Below are positions 19,300 through 29,663 of a stretch of 64,000 bases of DNA, piece after piece. The first letter of the stretch is position 1. Every line of letters starts with the position of its first letter. The DNA is taken from NCBI GenBank assembly GCA_014879445.1, contig JACSSC010000028.1, forward strand, positions 5,134-69,133, in the 5' to 3' direction. Made by a program: the position numbers and the translations under genes. Origin of the DNA: Candidatus Competibacteraceae bacterium (GTDB lineage Bacteria > Bacteroidota > Bacteroidia > CAIKAF01). A model generated the notes under the pieces. It had not been told where the DNA came from, made no database searches, and saw only the letters and a program-made list of their open reading frames with translations.

Positions 19300-20211
19300 T
19301 TGGGATTGAAAACAGCAATTTGTACAATTTCTTCACAAAGTCACTGGTTTAAAGCTAGGGCTCTATTTGAGTCACTGAATGATAAAACCGGAGCTGACTT
19401 CTATTGCCTTATTACAGATGCCAATTCTCAACATTTTCAGGACGACCGAATGCAAGTCATGTTTATTGATGATTTTTCATCTTCTGTGTCAGTTTCATTG
19501 CGCAATAGGTATAAAGGTAATAAATTACGATGGGCACATAAGCCCATCCTGCTTTCTTATTTATTGAATCAGGGATATGATGCGGTTATATATGTGGATA
19601 ATGACATTTGTTTTTTTTCTTCTCCTGATTTTTTATTCGATTTATTAAAGGATAAATCCATTCTACTTTCACCACATTTTTATCCGGCCAGCCCGCTTAA
19701 AAACCAAATATGGCTTGAGGCCAATTTTAAAACGGGTTTGTACAATGCCGGATTTGTTGGGGTGAGTTCAAAAGCATTGAATGCCATGGACTGGTGGGCG
19801 TCAAGTTGTAATTATACAATGAAAAAATCATACAGTCGGGGATTATTTGATGATCAAAAATATCTTGATTTATTTCCTGTACTTTTTGATGATGTTGAAA
19901 TATTGAAACATCGGGGATGTAATGTGGCCGGATGGAATATTGATAGTTCGCCCCGAACAATAGATGAAATGGGGCATATTCGAATTCATGCATCCTGGCC
20001 TTTAGTGTTTGTACATTTTAATTATTATACCATGCAGTGCATTTTGGATGGTCGCGATGCATTGCTGATACCATGTTGGAATATATATCATGCCATGCTA
20101 GTTAAATATAATCCTTCTTATCATTTTAAAAAGGAATTGAAGCCAATTTATCATTTCTTAAGGGCTTATCGAGATTATGCTCTTTTCAGATTTAACCGAT
20201 TGTTTGATTAA
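19300..20211 (+). CDS. Putative GT-A glycosyltransferase
   Basis: KP.LL, IYVDNDI, LLSPH, YNAGFVG, DDQKYLD, GCNVAGWN; TTG start. Confidence 0.7.
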   Translation: MGLKTAICTISSQSHWFKARALFESLNDKTGADFYCLITDANSQHFQDDRMQVMFIDDFSSSVSVSLRNRYKGNKLRWAHKPILLSYLLNQGYDAVIYVDNDICFFSSPDFLFDLLKDKSILLSPHFYPASPLKNQIWLEANFKTGLYNAGFVGVSSKALNAMDWWASSCNYTMKKSYSRGLFDDQKYLDLFPVLFDDVEILKHRGCNVAGWNIDSSPRTIDEMGHIRIHASWPLVFVHFNYYTMQCILDGRDALLIPCWNIYHAMLVKYNPSYHFKKELKPIYHFLRAYRDYALFRFNRLFD

Positions 20212-20212
20212 T

Positions 20213-21040
20213 ATGCATACTAATAAAAATATTCGCATTATTGAATCAGGTTCTGATTCATTTACTTTTTATATCTCTCAGTTATGGGCATCGCGAAAAT
20301 TAGCGATTACTCTTTTCTATCGTGACGTTAAAGTGAAGTTTGCTCAAACCCTCATGGGTATTGCATGGGTATTGATTCAGCCGGCTATGTATGTTTTGCT
20401 TTTTTCTTTGATGTTTGGATATGCATTGGGGTGGAAAGCCGGGCATATTCCTTATCCGTTATATGCACTTAGTGGGTTGCTAATCTGGAATCTTTTTTCA
20501 TATATTGTTGCGAATGGGGCTTCCGGAATGAAGGAAAATGCTTCTATTATTCGTAATATACCATTCCCACGAACATTGATCTTAATTTCCAAATGTTTCA
20601 CAGGTGCTTTAGATTTTGCCATAGGTTTTGGAATTTATTTAGTTTTAATGGTTGTTTATGGTGCATACCCTGAATGGAAAGTTCTCTTATTCCCATTTGT
20701 TTGTGTAGGAATATGCATCACATCACTCGGATTTGTGTTTTGGATTTCTGCATTTATTATCAAATATCGCGATCTTATGCATGCCATTCCTTTTTTACTT
20801 TTTGTCGGAATATGGACAACACCGGTTTTCATTACACCCCATGTTTTACCAGCTCAAGTTAGTTCTGTTTTTTTCTTTAATCCCATTTCGGGATGGATTG
20901 AATTGGCTCGTTTTTGTTTGTTTGATTCATGGCATTTTAATTTACTTTATTTGCCTTCTATGGCTTTGTCTTGGCTTTTTGCTTTGCTGGGGTTATACGT
21001 TTTTGTTCGCAATGAATCTTATTTGGCAGATTATATATAA
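20213..21040 (+). CDS. wzm: Polysaccharide ABC exporter permease
   Basis: RDVKVKFAQT.MG..WVLIQP, YRDL.H, NPIS..IE..R; about six TM segments; ATG 20213 preferred. Confidence 0.9.
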   Translation: MHTNKNIRIIESGSDSFTFYISQLWASRKLAITLFYRDVKVKFAQTLMGIAWVLIQPAMYVLLFSLMFGYALGWKAGHIPYPLYALSGLLIWNLFSYIVANGASGMKENASIIRNIPFPRTLILISKCFTGALDFAIGFGIYLVLMVVYGAYPEWKVLLFPFVCVGICITSLGFVFWISAFIIKYRDLMHAIPFLLFVGIWTTPVFITPHVLPAQVSSVFFFNPISGWIELARFCLFDSWHFNLLYLPSMALSWLFALLGLYVFVRNESYLADYI

Positions 21041-21049
21041 TTTTAATGC

Positions 21050-23074
21050 ATGGCAAAAGTTGAACGAATTTTCATTAGTAAAGAAAAACCTTCGTGGGTG
21101 TATTTACTAATCTTTGTTTTGGTTGTTTTTATTCAATATGGGAAAACTCTTTCCTATGGTTTTGTATGGGATGATAAGATTGTGATTGAAGAAAATCCCA
21201 GAATTAAAAAAGGGCTTTCGTCTGTCCCTGATCTGTTTCGTAAGTTCAAATCAATCTATCGGCATGATCAATACGGCTATCGCCCTATAACGCTAACAAC
21301 ATTTGCTATTGAGATAGAAATGTGGGGCGTGAATCCCTATTATCATCATCTCATGAATCTTTTGTATTATGCGTTGGTTTGTTTTGTATTATTTATTTTC
21401 ATTTCTCGACTTTTTCATGATTATATCCGACTTTTTGCCTTTTTGGCTGTTTTGCTGTATGCTGTTCATCCATTGCATGTTGAAGTAGTGGCAAATATCA
21501 AAAGTCGCGATGAATTATTGGTAGTGCTTTTCGGCACTTTATCTCTTATCTTTTATTTGAGATTTCTTCGGAATTCAAAATGGGTTCATTTGGCTGTTAG
21601 CATTTTGTTTTATGTGCTTGCTTTTTTGTCAAAAGAAAATGCAGTTACCCTAACGCTCATTTATCCCCTAGTATATTTTTATGAAAAACGGGAGGCACCA
21701 TTTGCAAATCTGAAAAAGCTTATTTTTTCTAATGTTCATATTGTCTTACTTTTTTTACTTTCTATCATGGCTTTTTATTTTTCAGAAAGCTCCGAATTGG
21801 GTAAAGATCTTATTGCCGAGCAAAATGTAGTTAAGGAAGACGATATTCTCGGGAATTCGCTTTTTCATACAGACGGATTTTTTTCCAAATTGCCTACCGT
21901 CATCATCATCCTATTCATGTATCTAAAATTATTTATCCTCCCTTGGCCTTTGGTTTTTTATTATGGTTATAATCAAGTCCCCTTGCAATCATGGTCTAAT
22001 CCTTTAGTTTGGCTATTGATTGTATTATTGTCTGCAATGGCTTATTTGATATATCGGTTTAGACATAAAAGTCCCGAACTTTGGTTCGGCGCATTATTCT
22101 TTTTGGCTTCGCTCTCCATATACATGCATATTATTCGAAAACTTTCAGACACAATGGCCGACAGATTTATGTTTTTGCCCTCTATGGGTTTGTCAGTTAT
22201 ACTTGTTGGTGCTGTCGGAATAATTACTAAAACCTCTTGGAGTCAGATATCTCAGTCGGATAAAAAAATTAAACCGGCTATAGTTAAGAAAAATCGCACA
22301 TCATTATGGATTATTGTTATAGTTTCTCTTGTATTTGCCTTTCTTTCTTATAAGCGATCAGATGTATGGCAAAGCGATGAAAAGTTGGTTTTTGGGGATA
22401 TGCCTAATTTGCCTGATGTGTCGCGGGTTCATTATTATTATGCCAATATTTTGTGGACGCAGATTAAAAATAATCCATCTAAGCGAGTAAAGTTGGAAAA
22501 GGATATGATAGCACATTATCAGCGAAGCATAGAAATTGCTCCACCATATGTGTATTATGCCCGAATGGAATTGGCTACCTATTATTCATCAGTAGGAATG
22601 TATCAAGAAGCATATGATTTATTTGCAGAGATTAATACTTATTTTCCAAATCGTGGTCCGGTATTGCTTAATCTGGCTCAAGGATTAATTAATCTGAATA
22701 GATATGATGAGGCCATTCCTTTGTTATTACGCACAAAAGAATTGGCTCCTCATTATTCGGCAGTACCCTATCTTCTTACACTTTCTTATGCCAAAATGCA
22801 AGAGTTTGACAAAGCGATGGCTGCTGCAGAAGAAGGGATGCAGCTTTTTCCTGAAGAGATAAAGATATTTAAGGATGCCATAAGCATAGTTTATGCAGAA
22901 AAGAAAGATGTAGATAATTTTGTAAAATCTACCTTTTTGCTACTTGATTATGGGGCAAACCCATCAGTGGTGTATTCACGAATAATCAGGCAGTTTAATG
23001 TTTGGGAGATGAAAGATCAGGCGGCGTATTATTCTGCAGAAGCCAGTCGCAAATCCATTCCTATTAAACCCTAA
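21050..23074 (+). CDS. TMTC/DUF1736-like GT-C membrane protein with C-terminal TPRs
   Basis: FVWDD, YRPI, HPLHVEVVANIKSRDELL, SKENAV, ADRFMFLPS, then TPR-like helices. Confidence 0.82.
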   Translation: MAKVERIFISKEKPSWVYLLIFVLVVFIQYGKTLSYGFVWDDKIVIEENPRIKKGLSSVPDLFRKFKSIYRHDQYGYRPITLTTFAIEIEMWGVNPYYHHLMNLLYYALVCFVLFIFISRLFHDYIRLFAFLAVLLYAVHPLHVEVVANIKSRDELLVVLFGTLSLIFYLRFLRNSKWVHLAVSILFYVLAFLSKENAVTLTLIYPLVYFYEKREAPFANLKKLIFSNVHIVLLFLLSIMAFYFSESSELGKDLIAEQNVVKEDDILGNSLFHTDGFFSKLPTVIIILFMYLKLFILPWPLVFYYGYNQVPLQSWSNPLVWLLIVLLSAMAYLIYRFRHKSPELWFGALFFLASLSIYMHIIRKLSDTMADRFMFLPSMGLSVILVGAVGIITKTSWSQISQSDKKIKPAIVKKNRTSLWIIVIVSLVFAFLSYKRSDVWQSDEKLVFGDMPNLPDVSRVHYYYANILWTQIKNNPSKRVKLEKDMIAHYQRSIEIAPPYVYYARMELATYYSSVGMYQEAYDLFAEINTYFPNRGPVLLNLAQGLINLNRYDEAIPLLLRTKELAPHYSAVPYLLTLSYAKMQEFDKAMAAAEEGMQLFPEEIKIFKDAISIVYAEKKDVDNFVKSTFLLLDYGANPSVVYSRIIRQFNVWEMKDQAAYYSAEASRKSIPIKP

Positions 23075-23667
23075 TGTGTATGCAATATTTGTTTTTTTCT
23101 TTTTTAATTATTTGTATTTTCATTTTTTCTTCATGTTATACTTCTAAAATGTATAGCCGTGCTTCTTTTCCACATCATACCGACACTTCTTTTGTATATC
23201 GATTGCCGGTATTAAACAAAAATAAGGTATATGTTTCACAGGGATATTATGGTGTTTTTTCACATCGTCGAATTTTTGCACTTGATTTTCGATTAAAAAT
23301 GAATACCCCGGTTTGTGCTGCTAGATCAGGCATTGTAGTGGGCACAGAGTGGAAACATAATCGTGGAGGGGCAACTCGCAAATGGATTGATAAGGCAAAC
23401 TATGTAGAAATAAAGCATGATGATGGAACCTGGGCATCATACTGGCATTTGCAGTATAATGGTGTAATCGTTAAAAATGGCGATAGAGTAGAAGTCGGTC
23501 AATTAATTGGATATAGTGGCAACACAGGGTTCTCAACCATGCCACATTTGCATTTTGAATTATGGGGAATTGATGAAATGGGTTATAAGACCTTTCCTTC
23601 TTTTTTTTATGTTTCTGGCAAAAGGAGGATTCTTCAGGGAGGCAGAAGCTATCGCATTATACCATAA
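23074..23667 (+). CDS. M23 family metallopeptidase, probable lipoprotein
   Basis: FSSC lipobox; H...ALD, YWHL, GNTGFST.PHLHF. Confidence 0.88.
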   Translation: MCMQYLFFSFLIICIFIFSSCYTSKMYSRASFPHHTDTSFVYRLPVLNKNKVYVSQGYYGVFSHRRIFALDFRLKMNTPVCAARSGIVVGTEWKHNRGGATRKWIDKANYVEIKHDDGTWASYWHLQYNGVIVKNGDRVEVGQLIGYSGNTGFSTMPHLHFELWGIDEMGYKTFPSFFYVSGKRRILQGGRSYRIIP

Positions 23668-23668
23668 A

Positions 23669-23708
23669 AAAACATGTATGACCGTGGAAAATGGTACATA
23701 CATGTTTT
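23669..23708 (+). terminator. Hairpin directly after the M23 gene
   Basis: AAAACATGTATG...CATACATGTTTT 12-bp stem with inner ACC/GGT. Confidence 0.55.
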
Positions 23709-23874
23709 CTAGAACCCAAGTTTATGAAAAGGAAGGAATACAAATTTAATAAAACTTTTCGATTTATCGTCGCTCGAAAAAGTGTTGTTAATAACTTTAA
23801 TGGATATTTAACACGACAAAATAACCTTATATTGAAAATCGGTTTGCATTAATGTGCTGTTAATTAGTTCAATT

Positions 23875-23899
23875 AAAACACCCATTTTGAAATGGGTTT
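23875..23899 (-). terminator. Intrinsic terminator for the Omp28-like gene
   Basis: ACCCATTT-TG-AAATGGGT inverted repeat; the minus strand continues GTTTT. Confidence 0.6.
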
Positions 23900-23930
23900 C
23901 CTGTCTGATATGAATCCCTAATTACAAGAA

Positions 23931-24779
23931 TTAGTTAGTTGTTGCATTTACAAAGTCCCAAGAAGCACCTGATTTTTTCCAAATGATAGTAACGACTTCA
24001 ATATCGGCAATATTCCAAGAAGATTCTAAAGGTACAACATGCCCTACATGAAATACCTGATCGGCTGTGGCGCCTGATGAAGTAATCGTTTCGCCCCAAG
24101 GGTCAGATCCGGCAAATCCAATCATAACTTTATGATGTTCGTAATTGTCACTTTGTCCATTTTGGTAAGCTACCAATTTCTTGGCTATGATATATATTCC
24201 CATTTTGTACTCGCCACTGATTGCTGAAAATGCTTTTGCATAAGCATTAATGTTAATTTTACCGGCATTAGCACCTGCGCCAATGGTCCAATGAACACCC
24301 GTTCCGATGGTGGGAGTTTGAGATGTTATGGTACTGATATCACTAGCAGCTTGATAATAATTGGTGCCGAGTAGTGTGTTGTTTACAACAAAATTGGGCG
24401 TGCCGCTATAATCCCATCTGGTACTGAAAGCTTGAAAAGTAGGTTGATTGCGGCCAGTCATTAAGTCATCATTGGTTTGTACGGTAAAAGCTACAATTTT
24501 TCCTCTGTTTGCATCATAAACACTTTGAAATGCATCCATGCCCCAACTTCCACATGGTTCACACCAGGTAGCCGTGAATTTGAAGAACATGCCATTCTGC
24601 TTAACTGGAATTTTAACACAACTTCCGTCATCCTGATTGGCTGTTGCAATATAATTTACTGCATTCATATCAATACATCCTCTGATAATTTCGCCTGTAT
24701 TATCTTCAGGAGCGCAAGATGAAAAGGTCATTATTGCTCCCCAAATCAGAGTTATAATGGATAAATTTTTTGTTTTCAT
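23931..24779 (-). CDS. Omp28-related thioredoxin-fold lipoprotein
   Basis: FSSC lipobox; GCIDMNAVNY..TANQDDGSC module; FTATWCEPCG (CxxC); GTPNF; ATG 24779 preferred. Confidence 0.75.
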   Translation of the reverse strand: MKTKNLSIITLIWGAIMTFSSCAPEDNTGEIIRGCIDMNAVNYIATANQDDGSCVKIPVKQNGMFFKFTATWCEPCGSWGMDAFQSVYDANRGKIVAFTVQTNDDLMTGRNQPTFQAFSTRWDYSGTPNFVVNNTLLGTNYYQAASDISTITSQTPTIGTGVHWTIGAGANAGKININAYAKAFSAISGEYKMGIYIIAKKLVAYQNGQSDNYEHHKVMIGFAGSDPWGETITSSGATADQVFHVGHVVPLESSWNIADIEVVTIIWKKSGASWDFVNATTN

Positions 24780-24891
24780 GATGTATAAATTAGCTGTTTG
24801 AAAACGAAATTTACAACTAAATTTCATTTATCCAACAATCATAAGGTCTTTTTTTAAAAAAATGCAGTTATAGCTTGATACTAATTTGTTA

Positions 24892-25707
24892 TTAGTATTG
24901 CTCGTGGGTGTTGGGAAAATCACCGGATTTAATATCGGAAATATATTGCTGTATGGCCTCAGTAATGGATGTATGTAAGTCAAGGTATCGGCGAAGGAAG
25001 CGGGGTTTAAATTCAAAAGTAATACCTAGCATATCATGTGTAACCAATACTTGCCCATCCACTTGATTGCCTGCGCCAATACCAATAACAGGTATTTGTA
25101 AGCTGCGGGCTACTTCGCCTGCCAATTGTGCAGGTACTTTTTCTAATACAAGAGCAAAACAGCCGGCCTCTTGAAGCAATAATGCATCTTGTTTCAGCTT
25201 TTTGGCTTCTGCCTCTTCTTTGGCTCGTACTTCATAAGTGCCAAATTTATAGATAGATTGAGGAGTAAGCCCTAAATGCCCCATAACAGGGATACCCGCT
25301 GATAAAATTCGTTTAACAGATTCAACAACTTCTGCCCCTCCTTCGAGTTTTACAGCATGTGCTTCGGCCTGCTTCATAATACGTATTGCTGAACTGAGTG
25401 CTGCTTTTGTATTTCCCTGATATGATCCAAAAGGCAAATCCACCACAACCAATGCCCTCTTTACGGCACGAATAACAGATGAGGCATGGTAAATCATTTG
25501 GTCGAGCGTAATGGGCAATGTGGTTTCATGTCCAGCCATAACATTACTGGCCGAGTCGCCTACCAGTAATACCTCAATACCTGAGGCATCTAATATGCGT
25601 GCCATTGAATAGTCGTATGCCGTAAGCATCGAAATTTTTTGGCCGCTGTATTTCATCTCTTGCAAAGTATGAGTCGTTACCTTGCGAATTTCTTTATGAA
25701 CTGACAT
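24892..25707 (-). CDS. panB: 3-methyl-2-oxobutanoate hydroxymethyltransferase
   Basis: [48 protein letters not shown]. Confidence 0.97.
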   Translation of the reverse strand: MSVHKEIRKVTTHTLQEMKYSGQKISMLTAYDYSMARILDASGIEVLLVGDSASNVMAGHETTLPITLDQMIYHASSVIRAVKRALVVVDLPFGSYQGNTKAALSSAIRIMKQAEAHAVKLEGGAEVVESVKRILSAGIPVMGHLGLTPQSIYKFGTYEVRAKEEAEAKKLKQDALLLQEAGCFALVLEKVPAQLAGEVARSLQIPVIGIGAGNQVDGQVLVTHDMLGITFEFKPRFLRRYLDLHTSITEAIQQYISDIKSGDFPNTHEQY

Positions 25708-25817
25708 ATACTGATTGTGTTTCTGACAAAGTAAGGAGTAATAATTGAGCCCTCCAAGACCAACCGGTTTTATCTCTCAAAAAAATATGCTTGTTTTGTC
25801 ATTAATTGTTTGTTGTT

Positions 25818-26435
25818 ATGATTGAAAGGGAATGGATTGTATATGCCTTGGCATGGATTGTTTATTATCTCTTACATTCATTGCTGGCCGGTCAGTTTGT
25901 CAAGAGATGTTTAAGTGCTTTTATGGCAAGATATTATCGCCTTTTTTACAATATAATTTCTCTTGTCGGATTGGCGGCTCTTGTAACTTGGCTTGTGTTG
26001 TCTGAAACCCCATATTTATTTAAAACTACGCTTGGGATACAAATGCTTGCTTCTCTATTATTGCTGAGTGGATTGATATTGACTATACTTGCTTTGCGAC
26101 AATACAACCTTTCAGAATTTGTAGGTACTTCTTTTTTTCGCAAGCATACATCACCTGAAACAGAGTTTTCATCGCTTCAGGTGTGTGGATTAAATCGTTA
26201 TATTCGACATCCGCTTTATGCTGCACAATACATTTTAACAATAGGGTTTTTTCTTATGTTCCCTTCGCAATTTATGCTTGTTTGGCTTGTTATAACTTGG
26301 ATTTATTTGCCAATCGGGATGTATCTTGAAGAGAAAAAATTGCTTCAACACTTTGGGAAAGCTTATGCCGACTATAGAAATAAAGTGCCGGCCATTCTGC
26401 CTTTTTGTAAGAAATGCAAATCTTGTTGTATCTGA
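25818..26435 (+). CDS. Isoprenylcysteine carboxylmethyltransferase/NnrU-like membrane protein
   Basis: HSLLA, YRLFYN, GLNRYIRHPLY, EEKKL...FG.AY.DYR.KVP. Confidence 0.78.
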   Translation: MIEREWIVYALAWIVYYLLHSLLAGQFVKRCLSAFMARYYRLFYNIISLVGLAALVTWLVLSETPYLFKTTLGIQMLASLLLLSGLILTILALRQYNLSEFVGTSFFRKHTSPETEFSSLQVCGLNRYIRHPLYAAQYILTIGFFLMFPSQFMLVWLVITWIYLPIGMYLEEKKLLQHFGKAYADYRNKVPAILPFCKKCKSCCI

Positions 26436-26511
26436 TTTTTTCCACAAATCATTGGTTTTGTCATTTTGGGGTATTCGCAAAATGTATTACTTTCGTTCAA
26501 ATTTCGATGGC

Positions 26512-27543
26512 ATGAAAAATTGGTTTTTAGGGTTTGTTGTGATATGGATGATGGGGATGTATGCATGTACTACTGAGATAGACCTTACGGCTCCCTATAA
26601 AGATATCACTATTGTATATGGCCTGCTTGATTCGAAAAAAGACACTCAATGGGTTCGTGTAAATAAGGCCTATTTGGGAGAAGGTGATGCTCTTATGTTT
26701 GCTCAGATTTCAGATTCTTTATATTACGACTCGGCTTTTGTTTATTTGCTTTCGTACCAAAATGGCAATAAAGTGGATAGCATTGTCTTGAATAAAATAA
26801 TTGATCCTTTCCCAAAAGATTCGGGTATTTTTGCCAATGATATAAACATTCTCTACTATACCACATCAACGCTTACTACCAATAAGATTTACAAACTCTT
26901 TGTACGTATTCCTTCTAAAGACAAGACCGTAAGTTCTTGGACAAGTTTGGTTAAAAATCTGCTCATGAGTTACCCATCTTCACCTTCAACCATTCTCACA
27001 TTTGAAGATATAACCGGTGTGAACCCTGATCCTACAACGACAATCAAATGGCTGAAAGATGATAGCACGTATGCCTATCAGCTTGCTTTTAGGTTCAATT
27101 ATTATGAATGGTTAGGAACAGATACTGCCAACAAAACCCTCAAGAACTTTGTCAAAACCTTTCCTTTGTTCAAGCCCGATGCTACTAATATTGTGGGTAA
27201 TGAGATTTATCATGGTATTCAGAAAAGTCAATTTTATGGAGCTATCGCTACTTATGTGTTGCCAAATCCAACCGGAACTCCCAGCAATCAGATGAAAGCA
27301 CGGAAATTTCATTCGCTCGATTTTATAGTATATCAGGCAGGGCGGGAACTTTATAATTATATGACCATCAATGCACCATCTTTGAGTATTGTGCAGAAGG
27401 TTACCGATTACACCAATATCTATAATGGATTGGGGCTTTTTTCTTCAAGAAGTAAGGGCGGTTTGGATGGAATCAAGCTAAATACTCGTACGCAGGATTC
27501 CATTAAATGGGGGCAATATACCGGGAATCTGAACTTCAAATAA
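26512..27543 (+). CDS. DUF4249-like outer-membrane lipoprotein
   Basis: MYAC lipobox; IVYGLL, TNIYNGLGLFSS; ATG 26512 removes the overlap with the upstream gene. Confidence 0.75.
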   Translation: MKNWFLGFVVIWMMGMYACTTEIDLTAPYKDITIVYGLLDSKKDTQWVRVNKAYLGEGDALMFAQISDSLYYDSAFVYLLSYQNGNKVDSIVLNKIIDPFPKDSGIFANDINILYYTTSTLTTNKIYKLFVRIPSKDKTVSSWTSLVKNLLMSYPSSPSTILTFEDITGVNPDPTTTIKWLKDDSTYAYQLAFRFNYYEWLGTDTANKTLKNFVKTFPLFKPDATNIVGNEIYHGIQKSQFYGAIATYVLPNPTGTPSNQMKARKFHSLDFIVYQAGRELYNYMTINAPSLSIVQKVTDYTNIYNGLGLFSSRSKGGLDGIKLNTRTQDSIKWGQYTGNLNFK

Positions 27544-27634
27544 TCTGCAATATTGTCACATGTGCCTGTCATATACAGCATATGATGGGTCAATCAACTG
27601 TCAGATTAGCCGAAAAGCAGCACATAATCTGCTG

Positions 27635-27650
27635 TGGCATTTTAATTGAT
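27635..27650 (+). promoter_or_regulatory. Sigma54-like -24/-12 element upstream of dnaK
   Basis: TGGCAT-TTTAA-TTGAT versus consensus TGGCAC-N5-TTGCW; 33 nt before the ATG. Confidence 0.4.
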
Positions 27651-27682
27651 TCGTTGGGCATACAATTAAAATGAATAAATGT

Positions 27683-29572
27683 ATGTCTAAAATTATCGGA
27701 ATTGACTTGGGTACAACCAACTCCTGTGTGGCAGTAATGGAAGGTAATCAGCCCGTAGTAATACCCAATAGCGAAGGAAAACGCACAACCCCTTCTATTG
27801 TAGCTTTTCTTGAAAATGGAGAGCGCAAAGTTGGCGACCCTGCCAAGCGTCAAGCCATTACAAACCCAACAAAGACCATATATTCCATCAAGCGATTTAT
27901 GGGAACCAAATTTAGTGAATCTTCTAAAGAGGTGTCACGCGTTCCTTATACGGTAGTTAAAGGAGACAATGATACACCCCGTGTACAAATTGACGACCGC
28001 AAATATACACCACAGGAAATCTCTGCCATGGTTCTTCAAAAAATGAAACAAACTGCAGAAGATTATCTCGGACATGAAGTAAAAGAAGCAGTAATTACAG
28101 TTCCTGCATACTTCAATGATGCCCAGCGTCAAGCTACAAAAGAGGCCGGAGAAATTGCCGGATTAACGGTTAAGCGTATTATCAATGAACCTACTGCTGC
28201 TGCTTTGGCCTACGGGCTGGATAAAAAAGTAACCGATCTTAAAATTGTCGTATTTGACTGTGGAGGCGGAACTCACGACGTATCTATACTTGAATTAGGC
28301 GATGGAGTTTTTGAGGTAAAGTCAACGGACGGCGATACGCATTTAGGTGGTGACGATTTCGACCAAGTAATTATAGATTGGCTGGCAGAGGAATTTATAA
28401 AAGAAGAAGGACTTGATTTACGAAAAGATGCTATTGCCTTGCAACGTTTGAAAGAAGCTGCTGAAAAGGCCAAAATTGAACTTTCCAGTGCGATGGAAAC
28501 GGAAATTAATCTGCCATATATTACAGTTACACCTGCAGGGCCTCGCCACTTGCTTAAGAAATTATCTCGTGCCCGTTTTGAACAATTGGCAGAAGGTTTA
28601 ATCAAACGCACCATTGATCCTTGCAAAACCGCTTTACAGAAATCTGGTTTGCAAGCATCCGAAATTGATGAAGTTATATTGGTTGGTGGCTCTACCCGCA
28701 TTCCGGCTATTCAGGAGGCCGTTGAAAAATTTTTCGGTAAATCCCCTTCAAAAGGAGTTAATCCAGATGAGGTTGTTGCTGTTGGTGCTGCCATTCAGGG
28801 CGGGGTATTGGCCGGTGATGTAAAGGATGTACTTCTGCTTGATGTTACTCCACTTGCTTTAGGTATTGAAACCATGGGTGGCGTATTCACCAAACTTATT
28901 GAGGCCAACACTACCATCCCAACCAAAAAATCAGAAGTGTTTTCTACAGCATCCGACAATCAGACCTCTGTTGAAATTCATGTATTACAAGGTGAACGTT
29001 CGATGGCCCGTGATAACAGAACCATCGGTCGTTTCCATCTTGATGGCATACCGGCTGCGCAACGCGGTGTACCCCAGATTGAGGTCTCGTTTGATATTGA
29101 TGCCAATGGTATTCTGAATGTTACAGCAAAAGATAAAGCCACAGGCAAAGAGCAAAAAATTCGGATTGAAGCATCTAGTGGGTTGAGCAAAGATGAAATC
29201 GAAAAAATGAAACGCGATGCAGAAGCAAATGCTGATGAAGATCGTAAACAAAAAGAGCGCATCGAAAAACTCAATCAGGCAGATTCTTTGATTTTTCAAA
29301 CCGAAAAACAGCTCAAAGATTTTGGAGATAAGTTGCCTGATGATAAGAAATCCGAAATCGAAGCGGCTATTCAGGAACTTCGCACGGCACATCAGGCACA
29401 AGATATTGATGCCATTGATAAAGCGATGGGAAAACTGAATTCTATCTTCCAGCAAGCAACATCTCAAATGTACCAACAGGCAGGGCAGAGTGAGCAATCG
29501 CAATCTTCGCAAGATGGCGGCGGTAATGCCGGCCCTGAAGTAACAGATGTAGATTACGAAGAAGTTAAGTAA
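27683..29572 (+). CDS. dnaK: Chaperone DnaK (Hsp70)
   Basis: [47 protein letters not shown]-terminal DVDYEEVK. Confidence 0.99.
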   Translation: MSKIIGIDLGTTNSCVAVMEGNQPVVIPNSEGKRTTPSIVAFLENGERKVGDPAKRQAITNPTKTIYSIKRFMGTKFSESSKEVSRVPYTVVKGDNDTPRVQIDDRKYTPQEISAMVLQKMKQTAEDYLGHEVKEAVITVPAYFNDAQRQATKEAGEIAGLTVKRIINEPTAAALAYGLDKKVTDLKIVVFDCGGGTHDVSILELGDGVFEVKSTDGDTHLGGDDFDQVIIDWLAEEFIKEEGLDLRKDAIALQRLKEAAEKAKIELSSAMETEINLPYITVTPAGPRHLLKKLSRARFEQLAEGLIKRTIDPCKTALQKSGLQASEIDEVILVGGSTRIPAIQEAVEKFFGKSPSKGVNPDEVVAVGAAIQGGVLAGDVKDVLLLDVTPLALGIETMGGVFTKLIEANTTIPTKKSEVFSTASDNQTSVEIHVLQGERSMARDNRTIGRFHLDGIPAAQRGVPQIEVSFDIDANGILNVTAKDKATGKEQKIRIEASSGLSKDEIEKMKRDAEANADEDRKQKERIEKLNQADSLIFQTEKQLKDFGDKLPDDKKSEIEAAIQELRTAHQAQDIDAIDKAMGKLNSIFQQATSQMYQQAGQSEQSQSSQDGGGNAGPEVTDVDYEEVK

Positions 29573-29596
29573 TATATAAATTTGAATTTTTAACTT

Positions 29597-29628
29597 GAAT
29601 GGCCGGTTTTATATCGGCCATTCTTTTT
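29597..29628 (+). terminator. Intrinsic terminator of dnaK
   Basis: GAATGGCCG...CGGCCATTC 9-bp stem followed by TTTTT. Confidence 0.85.
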
Positions 29629-29663
29629 CTAATATGTATATTTGGAAATAAATCCACTCAATT

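Noticed and set aside
26326-26511. N-terminal extension of the DUF4249-like ORF overlapping the upstream gene
   Set aside because: The lipoprotein signal begins at ATG 26512; the extension is an ORF-calling artefact
27544-27682. CIRCE/HrcA operator before dnaK
   Set aside because: No TTAGCACTC-N9-GAGTGCTAA match
27935-29512. Several long antisense or alternate-frame ORFs over dnaK
   Set aside because: Typical shadow ORFs of a conserved gene; no recognisable motifs
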